From Hamiltosporidium tvaerminnensis FI-OER-3-3 (lineage: Eukaryota > Fungi > Microsporidia), in contig CM061249.1 in assembly GCA_022605425.2 (NCBI GenBank), forward strand, positions 744,001 through 808,000: 64,000 nucleotides of DNA. Direction: 5' to 3'. This document shows positions 1 through 11,120 of this stretch, piece after piece; positions within the stretch are counted from its first letter, which is position 1; each line of letters opens with the position of its first letter. The notes beneath the pieces are model-generated. The model was given only the letters and a program-made list of their open reading frames with translations. It did not search any database and was not told where the DNA came from. The position numbers and the translations under genes were made by a program.

Positions 1-2006
1 AGCGTTATATCGATTTAATTTACTATTATTTTTCCTGCATAGTAAATACGAATTCAGAAATAGAATATATATAAGATAAAGAAAATTTTATTTGTAATAT
101 TGCTTCATTCATTTTCGAGCAATTTTAAAAGATTCAATCATTCAATCGCTTTTTTCTACATTTCCTATTTGTTCACCATAATCAACAGCAACCTCCGGTT
201 TCTTAATACAACATCCTTTTCTATATTTCTATAATTTTAGCACTATGAACTGAACCAAAGAGAATTACATCTCCTTTGCCATTTCAAAAGCATAATTTTG
301 TCGTAAGTCATTGATATAACTGTTGTTTTTTTAGGGTAGTATTTTTTATATCAGAAGGAACTCCAATACGATTTTTTCGCATTATATATACTTAATCCGT
401 TTTGTGAGCACAAAATTGATTAGCGAGCTCAATACTAGTATACCAATTATCAAAATAAATCTTGATCCCCGAATAACAGTTCATTAGCAGGTTCTAAACC
501 GATAAGAGTCGACGGTTTATATTCAGTAAAATGTTGCGCTCTGTTCGATATCTTTACCGATCTATATAGAATAATTATGTACATAAGCTCATTTACTCTC
601 GCATTGAACATAAAACATTATTTTTAAATGTCTCATTTTTTATGAAATGTATCGTTTCCACGAAAAAAGACTTTTTCATAACACCAGGCACTCAAAGATA
701 CAGATATTTTGTTCAGGGATGTATAAATTTTTACACATTGTCAAAAAACATTCACCAATTTTTTAATTTAAGCAAGTTTATTGCTTTATATGTGCTTAAT
801 CTCTTTTTTTATGGTTGAAATATAAAAATTTGAATAACAATAAGAATCTTTCTTAAGTCCCACACTTTCCCGAAAAAAAGGTGTTTCTATATTTATCTTT
901 TGCAAAATGCACCTCTATCATTGATTTCTTTACAATTCCTTGCAAAATTAACATTGCGATAAAACATTTCATCTCAGTAATTTGTGGACTGCCAGTTTTT
1001 TATTCTTTAACTTTCTTTTAGATTGTGGGATTTGACGAATGTTGAGCAAACAAATAAGTTTGTTCTACAATTACAGATAATAATTTGCTATCAAAGAATT
1101 AGCCTTACTAGAACAAATATTTTTTTTTTGAAGAACCAGGTATCTCAAATTGAATTCCCAGAAAAGTTATAGGATGATTAAAATGTTTTTGTTTCGTTCA
1201 TCTATCATTCTTATCTTCCTCTTCGCCTAACATATCCTAATTTATCGAATTGTAATAACTCCTAAATCTTTCAGGAAACTTTATCGATAAACTCTCGCTG
1301 TCAGATAAATTTTCTAATACACCACTGCTACTATCATCAGAAGATATCAACAATATTAAGACATTTTTGTTTTCACCACAAGAAATTGCCTCATCATCAG
1401 TACTTCTCTCGAATTACTCATTTTTTAAAAAATATAAATAAGATATTTTTGCACTTCACCACAGGAAATATTGCCATATCCCATCTACTACTACTACAAA
1501 TTACTCATTTTTAAAAAATATGAACCTGTAAACTTTCTTAATAGTATATATTTTACAATGACGCAATAGAAAAAAATACAGTAAACCAAGTGTTATAATA
1601 ACGTCTCTTTATGAACCACAAGAAGCAATTGAACTATGAACCTTCTTGTTTTCATCTATCCGTCCTAGCTTATAATATCACAGTATTAAGTTTAACAAGT
1701 CTCCACCTTTACTTTCTCCTTTGACAAACAAATGTATCACACATTTAAAAGATATTTTTACGAACCATAGGCTTTTTTCAAGATAGGAGGTATTCCATAT
1801 ATACACAACTTGTTAAAATTATGGAAGAGAAAATCTTAAAATACTTAAAATATTCGTAGAGAATATTACGTTTCACACTATATTTTTAAATTTGAAAGAG
1901 ATATTTAAAAGAAATCAATGCTATCCTAAAATTCTATTTGTTATCAATAAAGTTAAATATTTATTTGTATAAGCGTGTATATATGCCATACGCAGTTAAA
2001 AGAGTA
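1..2006 (-). mobile_element. Decayed piggyBac transposon (transposase pseudogene, cut by the window start)
   Basis: Manual minus-strand translation gives frameshifted piggyBac blocks: IVEQT, EMKCFIAMLILQGIVKK, KNLYIPEQNICI..LVL, YFDNWYTSIELA, MRKNRIGVP, KKPEVAVDY. Likely ATG at about 1421. A terminus-like sequence gcgtgtatatatgccatacgcagttaaaagag lies at about 1973-2004, so the right boundary is tentative. Confidence 0.75.
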
Positions 2007-2094
2007 ACAACTACTTAGATTTAAACATTTAAATATTCTATCCACCCATCCATCCATCTATACTCATTCATTTAATATTAACTTAACCATTTAA

Positions 2095-2350
2095 ATATTT
2101 CTTACAAATACTTAAATATTTACTATCTCACCAATTCCTCTCATCTATACTACTCTTATTCATTTAATAAATACTTCTTACAAATACTTAAATATTTACT
2201 CCACCCACCCATCTATACTACTCTTATTCATTTAATAAATACTTCTTACAAATACTTAAATATTTACTCCACCCACCCATCTATACTACTCTTATTCATT
2301 TAATAAATACTTCTTACAAATACTTAAATATTTACTCCACCCATCCACAT
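2095..2350. repeat. 68-bp tandem repeat (about 3.5 copies) immediately upstream of RRP8
   Basis: cttacaaatacttaaatatttact recurs at 2101, 2177, 2245 and 2313, and the unit is rich in ccacccaccc. Confidence 0.9.
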
Positions 2351-2374
2351 ATTTATATATCCTCACAAAAAAAT

Positions 2375-3562
2375 ATGAATCTACAACAAAAACTACAAAA
2401 CCGTATAAAAGGCGCAAAATTCAGAATAATAAACTCAATAATGACAAAAAACAAAAAAATAAAACTAAAAAACACAGACATAAAAGAGTATCATGACGGA
2501 TACACACAACAAGTGAACAAATGGACATATGACCCTATATATGATATTATTGAATATCTCAAGCAATATAGCAATCTTACTATTGCTGATGTAGGCTGTG
2601 GACAAGCCAAAATATCAAAGTATTTTCAATGTAACACTAAAAAGGAAAACTTTAGTGAAGTAAATACTAGTGAAGACAGTAATAGTAAAGATGATGAAGA
2701 TATAAGTAATGAATATAATAACAAATACAATAAAAAAGATAATATAAATAATAAAGATAAAAACAGTATTAACAAACACAATAAAAGAGATAATATGAGA
2801 AAATACAACCATAAAATACTTTCCTTTGATCTATATCCAACATCAAAAGAAGTAATAAAATGTGACATGGAAGATTTAAAATTAAAAGATAAAACTACAG
2901 ACATTATAATATTTTGTCTTTCTCTTATGAAAATAAATATTTATAAAACTATTAAAGAATCAAACAGGGTATTAAAAAATAACGGTAAATTAATTATAAC
3001 TGAAGTTTTAAGTAGAATTATAAGTGTTAAAGAATTTATATGTCAAGTAGAAAATATGGGGTTTAAGATTTTAAAAGTTAGAAATAAAAATAAATATTTT
3101 ATTAATTTTATATTTATAAAGATAAAGGATATTTTGAAGGAGAATGTGATGGAGGAGGGTGTTAGTGATAGTGATATGTTAGAGGGTGTTAGTGATAGTG
3201 ATATGTTGGAGGGTGTTAGTTATACTAATATGTTAGAGGGTGTATTAGAGGGTGTTAGTGATAGTAATATGCTAGAGGGTGTATTAGAGGGTGTTAGTGA
3301 TAAGAATATGCTAGAGGGGGTATTAGAGGGTGTTAGTGATAAGAATATGTTAGAGGGTGTTAGTGATAAGAATATGTTAAAGGGTGTTAGTGATAAGAAT
3401 ATGTTAGAGGGTGTTAGTAACAGTAATGATAATCAACAGGGTGTTAGTAATAATAATCATAATAGTAACACTACAAGTAACAGTAATACTAATTATAGGG
3501 GTTATATAACAGAGAATGAAGGTGAGATATTATTAAAACCTTTTATTTATAAGAAGAGATAA
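2375..3562 (+). CDS. RRP8: rRNA-processing methyltransferase RRP8 with low-complexity and EGVSD-repeat inserts
   Basis: GAKFRIIN, YHDGYTQQVNKW, SAM motif IADVGCGQAKI, FCLSLM, and the conserved C-terminus LKPFIYKKR. Confidence 0.9.
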   Translation: MNLQQKLQNRIKGAKFRIINSIMTKNKKIKLKNTDIKEYHDGYTQQVNKWTYDPIYDIIEYLKQYSNLTIADVGCGQAKISKYFQCNTKKENFSEVNTSEDSNSKDDEDISNEYNNKYNKKDNINNKDKNSINKHNKRDNMRKYNHKILSFDLYPTSKEVIKCDMEDLKLKDKTTDIIIFCLSLMKINIYKTIKESNRVLKNNGKLIITEVLSRIISVKEFICQVENMGFKILKVRNKNKYFINFIFIKIKDILKENVMEEGVSDSDMLEGVSDSDMLEGVSYTNMLEGVLEGVSDSNMLEGVLEGVSDKNMLEGVLEGVSDKNMLEGVSDKNMLKGVSDKNMLEGVSNSNDNQQGVSNNNHNSNTTSNSNTNYRGYITENEGEILLKPFIYKKR

Positions 3563-3676
3563 AATAATAGAAGTATTACTTATAAAGGGTTTTAAAGTGA
3601 TCATAATAAATAAATATTTAAATTTTAAATAAAAGGTTTTAATAATGTAGTTGCTAACTAAAGGGTGTAAATTGTG

Positions 3677-4080
3677 GTTGTTATTATGTCTTAGTAATAA
3701 CACCTTATTAATTATACTATTATATATCTCTGTATTAACACCCTTTTACTTCTTGTTATAATGTCTTAGTAATAACACCCTATTAATTATACAATTATAT
3801 ATCCGTATATTAACACCCTTTTACTTCTTGTTATTATGTCTTGGTAATAACACCCTATTAATTATACTATTATATATCTTTGTATTAACACCCTCTTACT
3901 TCTTGTTATTATGTCTTGGTAATAACACCCTATTACTTATAGTTGATATATGTCTTTGTATTAACACCCTTTTACTTTACTTGTTATTATGTCATGGTAA
4001 TAACACCCTATTAATTATACAATTATATATCTGTATATTAACACCCTTTAATTATACTTGATATATGTCATTGTATTAAC
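3677..4080. repeat. ~75-bp tandem repeat (about 5 copies) between the converging RRP8 and SKI2 genes
   Basis: Unit ttgttattatgtct..gtaataacaccctattaattatac..ttatatat...tgtattaacacccttttacttc repeats head to tail. Confidence 0.9.
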
Positions 4081-4550
4081 ACCCCTTTATTCACTATGGT
4101 ACACACTAGGTATACTAATAACACCCCTGTTAATACACTTCTCTATTTCTTCTATCTTAACACCCCTTTATTCACTATGGTCTAGGTATACTAGTAACAC
4201 CCCTGTTAATACACTTCTCTATTTCTTCTATCTTAACACCCCTTTATTACTTGGTAAGCTGTTACTATAAACCCCTGTTAATACACTTCTCTATTTCATT
4301 CTATCTTAACACCCCTTTATTCACTATGGTACACACTAGGTATACTAATAACACCCCTGTTAATACACTTCTCTATTTCTTCTATCTTAACACCCCTTTA
4401 TTCACTATGGTACACACTAGGTATACTAATAACACCCCTGTTAATACACTTCTCTATTTCTTCTATCTTAACACCCCTTTATTCACTATGGTACACACTA
4501 GGTATACTAATAACACCCCTGTTAATACACTTCTCTATTTCTTCTATCTT
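4081..4550 (-). repeat. ~81-bp tandem copies of the SKI2 3' end (last ~23 codons plus stop)
   Basis: ttcactatggtacacactaggtatactaataacacccctgttaatacacttctctatttcttctatct at about 4090, 4320, 4401 and 4482, with degenerate copies between. The 4482 copy is the real CDS end. Confidence 0.9.
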
Positions 4551-7500
4551 ATTATATAACACCATATCACCTATAAGTACACTAACACCCTTTAACTCCT
4601 TACATACTTCTATTAACCTTAACACCACTTTAATAATATCACCTTCTTGTATATTATAAGTGTTATTTATATATAAAAGGTCTTTACCAGTACACCAGTC
4701 ATATATAGGTAATATATAGTAATAACAGGGTGTATACATAGGTTGTAAATTAAAAGATTTCATTATATTTGTTATGTAATTATAGGTGTTATTTACTATG
4801 TTATAAATATTTATAAAAATGTTTTGTTTTTCTTTAGGAAATGGGTAAAGATAGGTAATATAAGGGGTAGAGGTAGTAAAGGGGTGATAAGTATTAGTAC
4901 TGTTGTTAAAGGGGTGTTGTTTATCTGTACTGTCACTAAGGGGGTGATAGGTATTTGTACTGGTATTAAGACCCTCTAATCTATTAATACAGTTGCTAAC
5001 ACCCTCTAATCTAGTAGTACTGTTACTAACACCCTTATAACCACTATCCTTATTAATAACACCCTCCATAATACTTCCTTCATATATCCTGTTGTTAACA
5101 CCCTCTATAATACAACTAATAACACTCATTATCTCTTCTCCACTTATATTACTTAACACCCCATTAAATATAAGACACATACCTATAAGATCATAACAAC
5201 TACGTATCTCAATGGATACCCTACCTTTAAGTAACACCCTGTTATTTTCATTAATACATTTTATATACTTTAACACCCTTATACGCATATAATATTCTGA
5301 TATAAGTGATAGGTGCTTTGAAGAGTGCTTGTTGAAAAGAAAATAAATATTTTTTAAGGAATAAAATGACTGTAATAACACCTTATAATGGTCTAACAGG
5401 TTGTAACACCCCTTTAGGTATTCAGGTGTGTTGTTAACACCTGTTATTTCTTTATTACTATCTAATTGATCATAACACCCCTTTAAACTACAACTAATAT
5501 TATTAACACCTGTTATTTCCTTATTACTATCTAAATGATCATAACACCCCTTTAAACTACAACTATTTTTATTAACACCTGTTATTTCTTTATTACTTTC
5601 TATATGATCATAACACCCCTTTAAACTACAACTATTATTATTAACACCTGTTAATCTTACCAATACCTTTTTAAGTCTTTCCTTAACAATAACACCCTCT
5701 ATACTATTAATAGTAAAGTCTATATAACAGTTAGATAACCCATAATCGTTATCTTTATTACTACAGGTGTTAGTAATATAAAATATATCTTTTATAGTAA
5801 TTATAAGGTCTTCTTTAACAGGAAAGATATACATATGTGGATAAGAAGGAAGAGTAAAGGAATAGGTGTTATTATCAGTACTGTTGTTTAAGGGGTGTTG
5901 TGTGATATTCTTAGTGTTGTTAATAGGGTGTTGTTTATAAGCGTTGGTATTAACAGGGTGTTGTTCATGTATACTGTTATTAAAGGGGTGTTGTTTATAT
6001 GTTTTATTAACACCCTCTTCTTTACTACTGTTATTATTAACACCCTGTTGTTTATATGTTTTATTAACACCCTCTTCTTTACTACTGTTATTATTAACAC
6101 CCTGTTGTTTATAATATGTTTTATTAACACCCTCTTCTTTACTACTCTTATTATTAACACCCTGTTGTTTATCAATACTGTCACTAACACCCTCTTCATT
6201 ATAACTAACACCCCCTATATCAGTATAAATATCCTTATTACTTATTACTATATTATCACCCTTTATATCCTTAATAATACCATATAAATTACCATTCTTA
6301 ATAACAACACCCATACCTATAAATAACACCTCTTTAGTTATAAGTATGTTATAACAATAACATACTTCATATAAAAGGTATAAATAATTAAGTAAAGGGG
6401 GTGTTAAATTATTAGTATTAGATAGATTGTTAACAGGGTCTTGTTTACTAGTACTATTGTTAACAGGGATATAATTATGATTAGTGCTATTAACAGAGTC
6501 TTGTTTACTAATCCTATTGTTAACAGGGTGATAATTATTAGATACATTGTTAACAGGGTCTTGTTTACTAGTACTATTGTTAACAGGGTGATAAGTATTA
6601 GATAGATTGTTAACCCCCTGATAATTATGAGTACTATTGTTAACACCCTTATAAGTATGAGTACTATTGTTAACAGGGTGATAATTATCAGATACTATTG
6701 TTAAAACCCTTATAAGTATGAGTACTATTGTTAACAGGGTCTTGTTTACTAGTACTATTGTTAACACCCTTATAAGTATGAGTACTATTGTTAACAGTAT
6801 GATAAACATTAGTACTGTTATTAACACCCTTATAATAGTCTATACTGTTATTAACACCCTCTAACCCATCCTCTAACTTACCCTCTATATTATCACCCAT
6901 TATTCTTAATATAATACCCCATATCTCTTCTCTACCAATAACACCACAAACACTACACTCTACTCTCTTAACACTATCTTCTTCCTTCTTAATAACACAC
7001 ATATCACTTTTATATTCCCTTTGTACGTTATCTTCCATAAATGTTCTTTTAAGAAAATCCATAATATTTATATTGTTAATAAGTAAAGATAATATCATAT
7101 TATAAGATAATTTAAAACTACTACATGAGTATAAAGTATTAGAGGTGTTATATATTATATCACGTAGTACAGTAAGGGTGTTATTAATATAGGTAGTAGT
7201 AACAGGGTTATAAGTATATGGTGTGTGGTTAAGAGGGTGTTGTTTAATAGTACTGTTATTAAGAGGGTGTTGTTTACTATTGATGTTATTAAGAAGGTTT
7301 TGTTTACTAGTATTATTATTAGGAAGGTATTGTTTAATAGTACTGTTATTAAGAGGGTGTTGTTTATCAGTACTATTGCTAATACCCTTTGCATCAGTAC
7401 CCTTAGCCCTAACACCCTTTATATTACTACCCTTGTTACTAACACCCTTATCTTTAGTATCCTTATCCTTAACACCCTTTATATTACTACCCATGTTACT

Positions 7501-10500
7501 AACACCCTTTACATTACTACCCTTATCCTTAACACCCTTATCTTTACTACCTTTATCATTAACACCCTTTATATTACTTACTTTATCATTAACACCCTTT
7601 GTATTACTACCCTTATCCTCAATACCCTTTATATTACTTACCATATCCTTAACACCCTTTATATTACTACCCTTGTCACTAACACTCTTTATATTACTAC
7701 CCTTGTCACTAACACCCTTTATATTACTACCCTTATCCCTAACACCCCTTATACCGTTAATAATCACCACCCCTTTATCATCAATACCTCTTCTACCTGC
7801 TCTACCACTCATCTGTACAAACTCACTATTATTAAGTAACTTACCTTGTTTATAATAACTATCAAATATAACACATTTAACAGGTAAATTAACACCCATA
7901 CTGAATGTTTCAGTACAAATTATTATTTTTAAAAGTGATTTGTTAAAAAGTATTTCTGTTATTTCTTTAATAAAAGGTATTAAAGATGAGTGATGTGTTG
8001 CTATCCCACGTAAAGCAAGGGATTTAAAAAGTATGAATTGGGGGAGTGTTAATATATCGGAAGAGGGTAGGGTGTTATTTAAAGGGATAGTGTAGGGGGT
8101 GTTAATAATACTGTTGTTATCAATACTGTTACTAACACCCTGTTGTTTATCAGTACTGTTAATAAGTGGATCGTTATCAATACCGTTACTAACACCCTGT
8201 TGTTTATAAGATACCTTGTTAAAACCCTCTAATCTGCTATCCTTCTTATTAACACCCTCTCATACTACTATCCTTGTTATTAACACCCTCTAACATATCC
8301 CTACTGTTATTAACACCCTCTAATCTAATATCCTTGTTATTAACACCCTCTAACATATCCCTACTGTTATTAACACCCTCTAACATATCCCTACTGTTAT
8401 TAACACCCCTCATACTACTACTATAACTAACACCCCTCATACTACTACTATATTTACACCCCTTTATATACTTACTTATTATACTTTCTACTTCTTCTTT
8501 CTCTTTATTATTTAAAAGATTTATGTTAAAAGAATATAAGGTGTTAGTATACTTCGATATTCTTTTCTTAGAAAAACAGAAAAATAATGTAGGTGTTAAA
8601 TTATTAAGAATAGCAATTGAAAGTATATTAAGAGGATAAGGATATGAAGGGTTATGTAAAAGGGTGTTAATAGTAGGGGTATTATTTAAAGGGTGTTGTG
8701 AATTAGATGTGTTAGTATTGTTATTAACAGGGTGATAAGTATTAGGTGTATTATTAACAGGGTGTTGTTCATATATATTGTTATTAACAGGGTGTTGTTC
8801 ATGTATACTGTTATTAACAGGGTGTTGTTTACTACTCTTGATATTAACAGGGTGTTGTTTACTACTCTTGATATTAACAGGGTGTTGTTTATTACTCTTG
8901 ATACTAACAGGGTGTAAAGTATTACTATTTGTATTATCACCCTCTAATCTACTCTTATCACTATCACCCTCTAACATACCCTTGTTACTATCACCCTCTA
9001 ACATGCTCTTATCACTAACACCCTCTAATCTACTCTTATCACTATCACCCTCTAACATACTCTTATCACTAACACCCTCTAATCTACTCTTATCACTAAC
9101 ACCCTTATAATTACTACCCCTATAACTACCCTCCAACATACCCCTTACACTATCCACCCCTCTACCCACATACTTCCCTTTACTTATCTCTATTATATCC
9201 TCACCACTATAAACATAATAAATAAGAGGTACCACTCTTTTACTAGTACTAACAATATAAACAGTCTCTTCTCTAATTCTACCAATCCAATTACCAAGTA
9301 ACTGAGGATAAGGTGTTGTAGCAGATAAAAGTAATAAAGTAATATTTTTAGGTAAAAGTAATAAACACTCTTCCCATACAACACCTCTATCTTTATTACT
9401 TATATAATGTATTTCATCAAATATAACGTATTGTGTATTTATTGGTAATGTATTTGTATAAAGCATATTTCTTAATACTTCTGTTGTTAGTATTAGTATA
9501 TTGGCTTTAACATTTATCTTAGTATCACCTGTTATTATACCAACCCTATTATTGTTATTAAGGGGGTGTTGTTGGTTAGTACTGTTATCAATAGGGTGTT
9601 GTTCATTAGTACTGTTATTAAGGGGGTGATAATTACTAGTACTGGTATTAAGGGGGTGTTAATTACTAGTACTGTTATCAAGAGGGTGTTGTTCATTAGT
9701 ACTGTTAATAACACCGTGTTGTTCATTAGTACTGTTATTAAACCCCTGTTGTTCACTATACTTATTATTAACACCCTGTTGTTCATTAGTACTGTTAATA
9801 AAACCCTGTTGTTCACTATACTTATTATTAACACCCTGTTGTTCACTATACTTATTATTAACACCCTGTTGTTCATTAGTACTTGTTATTAACACCCTGT
9901 TGTTCATTAGTACTCTTACTAACAGGGTTATAATTACCTATACTGTCACTAACACCCTTTAATCCACACCCTTCCTCACTAACACCCCCTCTACTATCCC
10001 TATATCCTTTATAGTACTCACACGTGTTATAATACTTCTGATTACATAAAGCTTTAAGTGGTGATGTATATATAGTTGTAGTATTATTATTTATAGAATT
10101 ATTAAATAAGAAATGAGCTATAAGTGTTTTACCTGAAGATGTATGTGCAGTAACAAGAGTATGTTTGTTATTGTTAAGTAGATATATTGATTGTAGTTGG
10201 AAAGGGTCTAGTTTGTATGGGAAGGGGTGTTTTATAGGAGGAGGAGTAAATGAAGTAGGAATAAACTTATAAAAGGTGTTATTATTAATATTATTGTTGT
10301 TGTTGGTTGTATTCTTAATATCCCTATCTATATCCTTACTCTTATCCCTATCTATATCTTTACTCTTATCCCTATCTATATCCTTACTCTTATCCCTATC
10401 TATATCCTTACTCTTATCCCTACCTATATCCTTACTCTTATCCATATCTATATCCTTGCTCTTATCCATATCTATATCCTTACTCTTATCCTTATTTTTG

Positions 10501-10821
10501 TCAGTTGAGTTTGTTGGTTCGGTTTCTTCTGAGGAAAAGAAGGATGAAGAAGAGTCTTGTTCTTCTGTGGGGGTGTTATTCATAGTATTAGTATATGGGG
10601 TGTTATTTGTAGGGGTATTTTTATGGGGTGTTATTTGCAGGAGTATTTTTAAGGGTGTTATTTATAGTTGATGTGATGGTATGAGAAAAAAGAGTTATGG
10701 TGTTATCTATATTATAATTATAACTAAAATATGTGGGTGTTAGAAGAAGGGAGAGTGTTGGGTTTATGGGATGTATTTTTGAAGAGGAAATTATTTTTTT
10801 GAGATTTTCTGGTAAAGGCAT
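4479..10821 (-). CDS. SKI2: SKI2-type DExH-box RNA helicase, split across several ORF pieces by lesions located in repeat inserts (may be spliced or bypassed, pseudogenised, or mis-assembled)
   Basis: Motifs appear in order: LDPFQ, AHTSSGKT, TSPLKALCNQK, VGIITGD, TTEVLRNMLY, IFDEIHY..RGVVWEE, SAT, STSKRVVPL (Ski2 KRPVPL rather than Mtr4 FRPTPL), FSKKR, RGIATHH, TETFSMGVNLP, QMSGRAGRRG, FKLSYNMIL, and C-terminal DSHCT (IYDW..EGDII..LRL.E). A CCCC motif precedes the ATG at 10821. Confidence 0.85.
5420..5652 (-). repeat. 69-bp (23-aa) in-frame tandem repeat within SKI2
   Basis: ttaacacctg at 5434, 5503, 5572 and 5641; protein unit TGVNNNSCSLKGCYDHIESNKEI. Confidence 0.9.
10320..10495 (-). repeat. 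24-bp in-frame repeat (DKSKDIDR, about 7 copies) in the SKI2 N-terminal region
   Basis: Visible in the DNA (tatccttactcttatccctatcta) and in the ORF translation. Confidence 0.9.
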
Positions 10822-10838
10822 TTGTAAGGGGTTAGTAG

Positions 10839-11010
10839 GGTGTTATTTATAAGTAGAGTGTATAGGTGTTATTTATAAGTAGAGTGTATAGGTGTTATTT
10901 ATAAGTAGAGTTTGATAGGTGTTATTTATAAGTAGAGTTTGATAGGTGGTATTTATAAGTAGAGTGTATAGGTGTTATTTATAAGTAGAGTTTGATAGGT
11001 GTTATTTATA
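10839..11010. repeat. 26-bp tandem repeat (about 6.5 copies) in the SKI2 promoter region
   Basis: ggtgttatttataagtagagt(g/t)t(a/g).. at 10865, 10891 and onward. Confidence 0.9.
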
Positions 11011-11120
11011 AAGGGTATAGGGATAAGTTGAGTGAATGTGTTTAGGATATAGGGCGTGATATAAGTAGGGATTTAAATGGGTGATAAATTTAAATGCTTT
11101 AATTTTATGTATTAAGGGAG

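Noticed and set aside
10015-10024. GTGAGT donor-like site (minus strand) near the start of insert B, with AATAG at its end
   Set aside because: Splicing from this GT to that AG is out of frame. The nearby in-frame GT deletes part of the conserved helix after NQKY, so a canonical intron is not supported.
3828-10671. Many Leu/Ile/Thr/Val-rich small ORFs overlapping SKI2 and its flanks
   Set aside because: They are alternative frames or antisense readings of the repeat inserts and tandem arrays.
2095-11010. Repeat-spacer appearance resembling a CRISPR array
   Set aside because: The context is eukaryotic, there are no cas genes, and the spacers are themselves homologous degenerate repeats.
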